Below the pieces are notes generated by a model. It made no database searches and was not told where the DNA came from. It was given only the letters and a program-made list of their open reading frames with translations. DNA of 63,973 bases, the filler included, from Octopus bimaculoides (lineage: Eukaryota): NCBI RefSeq assembly GCF_001194135.2. It is 4 parts of 3 records of this genome, joined end to end, with 100 filler letters (N's around TTAATTAATTAA, not from the genome) between each part and the next. Parts side by side here need not be neighbours in the genome. Positions count along the whole stretch, not along the records: positions 53,990 to 63,973 come from NC_068984.1; 3 more parts are not named here. One strand, written 5' to 3'. Positions 61,571-63,973 of this stretch are shown here, piece after piece; position 1 is the stretch's first letter; each line of letters opens with the position of its first letter. Both the position numbers and the translations under genes were made by a program.

Positions 61571-62482
61571 ACGAGGTAGTATCAAGGAGTTCCAAGACTA
61601 CTTCTGTTTAATAAAAAAAAATAACTTATTTACCAAAGTTTTAGCATCATCTCCATCGAGATAGTCATCTTGCGCAGCAATATACCGCTCCCAGCGTTCC
61701 TATCACTTTTGGAATCCGGCTTGGAAGTAATTTTCCGTAAGCGAGTCGAGGACCTTCTGCGATTCGCTCGTGATCTCGACAACGTTGTTGAAACGGCAAG
61801 CTTTGACCTGCATTTTCCTCTTGGGAAAGAGATGGCAGTCCACAGGTGTTAAATCTGGCGAATAGGGAGGGTGCGGAAGCGATACCATGTTGTTTCAAGT
61901 GAGACACTCACGAGTAAGGAGAACCCGGTGACAAACTACATTATCGTCGTAAGGAATCCAGACGTTAGGATTGCCGACACAGACTCCTACGACAGACCAG
62001 CAACATCAGTAATGTCGTTGATTGTCCTCCAACGATCCTCATGCACAAGCTGATGTATTTTCTCCACATTTCCAGAGGTGACGCTCGAGGCAGGTCTTCC
62101 AGGTTGCTTATCGTCTCCTAGGGAACTTCTTCCACTTTTGAAACGCCCGTGCCACTCGAAACATTGTGTACGACCATTTATCTCGTTGCCGAAAACTTGC
62201 CGAAACGTGCTCAATGTCTCTGTAGTAGACTTCACAAGTTTAACGCAAAATTTCACGCTAACTCTTTGTTCCAGCTTCCTGTTCATGACAAAAATCGCAG
62301 ACTACAGCATACATGTGATCACAAAAACACAAATTTCACAACTTGCAAAATAAACACAGCGATGCACTCAGCACACTGCCTCATGAAGGCCACTGCTAGC
62401 TCTCACTGCGCATGCCACTGTATGCTGCCATCTGTTGGCGTGCTACAGAACTAGTCCGGGAACTTTTTTTATACTATCTCGT
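61571..62482 (-). mobile_element. Mariner (DD34D type) internal-deletion derivative with both TIRs
   Basis: TIRs acgaggtagtatcaaggagttccaagactacttctg and (reverse) acgagatagtataaaaaaagttcccggactagttctg. N-terminal EQRVSVKFCVKL...FEWHGRFKSGR...GRP; C-terminal HPPYSPDL.P.D..LFP; the first two catalytic Asp regions are absent. Confidence 0.92.
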
Positions 62483-62487
62483 ATGTA

Positions 62488-62760
62488 TATATAGGTTGTC
62501 TCAGAATTAACTATCAATTTCGATGAAATCGGGCAAATTTTTAAAAAGACGGGCAGAATTTTATGTTTATTACTTTATTATAATTCCAAAACAAATAGAT
62601 TTATAAATCTTAAATCAAAACTTTATTGGAAATTTTCAAATCTATCTTTAGCGTTAATAAATTTGGCCGCTTGCACTAATAACTGACGCGTTAAATCCAG
62701 CTAAACTATTGTTCCACCCTGCGATGGAAGTAGAGAAAATGATTGCAACCAAATTGAAAA
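62488..62760 (-). mobile_element. Possible Tc1/mariner-like terminal fragment
   Basis: TA-flanked taggttgtctcagaattaac end next to the mariner; weak similarity to a transposase C-terminus. Confidence 0.3.
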
Positions 62761-63192
62761 AAAACTGTCATTGACAGATAGGCGGGATCCAAAAAACAAA
62801 TTATAAAGATTATAAAATTACAAACGAAATTTAAAACTTATATATTTTTAACATATTAAACATGATAAACATAAATAAAAGTGAGTTTAAAAAAATTTTT
62901 TTAAAGATCTGAAATGTAAGATTTTTTTACCCTTATGCGATGTCGATTGCCTCCGTCACGGCTGCATATTGTGATGTACTACATCTACCAAGAAACGGTT
63001 GCTGGACTTATAACACCTTTCTTCCACACCCTTAATTTTCTCTGTTGTTTGTAGTCTGTGTAAGTTGGATCTATTAATATAAATGTCTATATATTTATAA
63101 ATATTCATCGTCTGAAAGTCTCCACTTTTTGCTTCCTCTCGTTTTGCATGTATACATATATACATATTTTGTATTTCATACCTAAACTGTTA

Positions 63193-63894
63193 TCTAATAT
63201 AATAAATGCGAAAATTACTTCCGTGTGTCAGTGTGTCACTTTTCGACCCCATCTCTCACTATTCATTGACACTCCTACTATTGCTGATGTTGGGGTGAGA
63301 GTAATAGTAGGCATACAGACGGTAGTAGATTGACGGTTGTAATGGGATGATTGTAACAGTATGAGCTGTAGCTGTGATAGAGGCGGAGGTGACGGTGATG
63401 ATGGTGGTGTTGGTGGTAGCTGAAACAGTCAAGGACAATGGTGATAATAAGTGATGTGAAAGACAGTGGTGACGGTGGTGGAAGGGAAGATGGCGAAGTC
63501 AAAGGTATTGATGGTAGTGGCGTGAGAAGTATGAATGGTGTGTCTATGGCAGTTGTGGTGGAGATGGTGGTGGTACTAGTGATGGTGATGGTTGAAAACA
63601 ATCAACAGATAGAGAGAGAAAGAAAGAAGTTAGACAGAAAAAAAATTGTACTGACCCCTGAATCGGAAGACAAACAATGATGTTTATCATGCAGCTTTAC
63701 AATAAGCTCTAAGTCGACAAATTATATCATTGTTTTGATGAAAATTGTTCATTGCTTGAAAAATATTGGTCAAGTTTAGTAAAATTTAATACGTACTCAA
63801 TGCATGAAGTGTCATTGTTGGGCCCAAGGCCCAATGAAAAGCCTTCCACAGGAGCTACCTTAAAAGCCGCCCAATAGGGCGGCTTTTAAGCTAG
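63193..63894 (+). mobile_element. Complete non-autonomous Helitron (about 700 bp)
   Basis: A|TCTAATATAATAAATGCGAAA 5' end; GC hairpin gccgccc-aata-gggcggc (extendable to 14 bp) 11 nt before the end; terminal CTAG|T, i.e. an A|T target with no TSD. Confidence 0.82.
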
Positions 63895-63973
63895 TATTTA
63901 ATATATCTTATTTGTTTATCAGCATAATTTCCTCTGCATCTGAATAACTTGATCCCTCTTACAGCCATTCTTT

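Overview
This is repeat-dominated, AT-rich animal genomic DNA with many N gaps. From its SINE repertoire and (TA)/(TG)/(TATG)/(TCTA)/(AAT) microsatellites I infer a cephalopod, probably Octopus. I could not support any intact host protein-coding gene: almost all listed ORFs are microsatellite translations or read through N runs. Three identical artificial spacers (44 N + TTAATTAATTAA + 44 N) show that the window is four joined sequence pieces. Recognisable content: at least four tRNA-derived SINE families; RTE and R4/Dong-like LINE fragments; Tc1/mariner derivatives; Helitron remnants, including one apparently complete non-autonomous copy; a decayed tRNA-Leu(CAG); and several Penelope-like elements (PLEs) with inverted or tandem pseudo-LTRs. 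The most notable signal is about a dozen minimal type I hammerhead ribozyme (HHR) motifs. These include a perfectly paired canonical copy (55941-56010), copies with a compensatory U3:A8 core (UUGANAA instead of CUGANGA) in three different repeat families, and a tRNA-headed, HHR-tailed SINE-like element with a PLE-style inverted 5' end. All structures and family names were assigned by eye and from memory of family consensus motifs; no searches were run.
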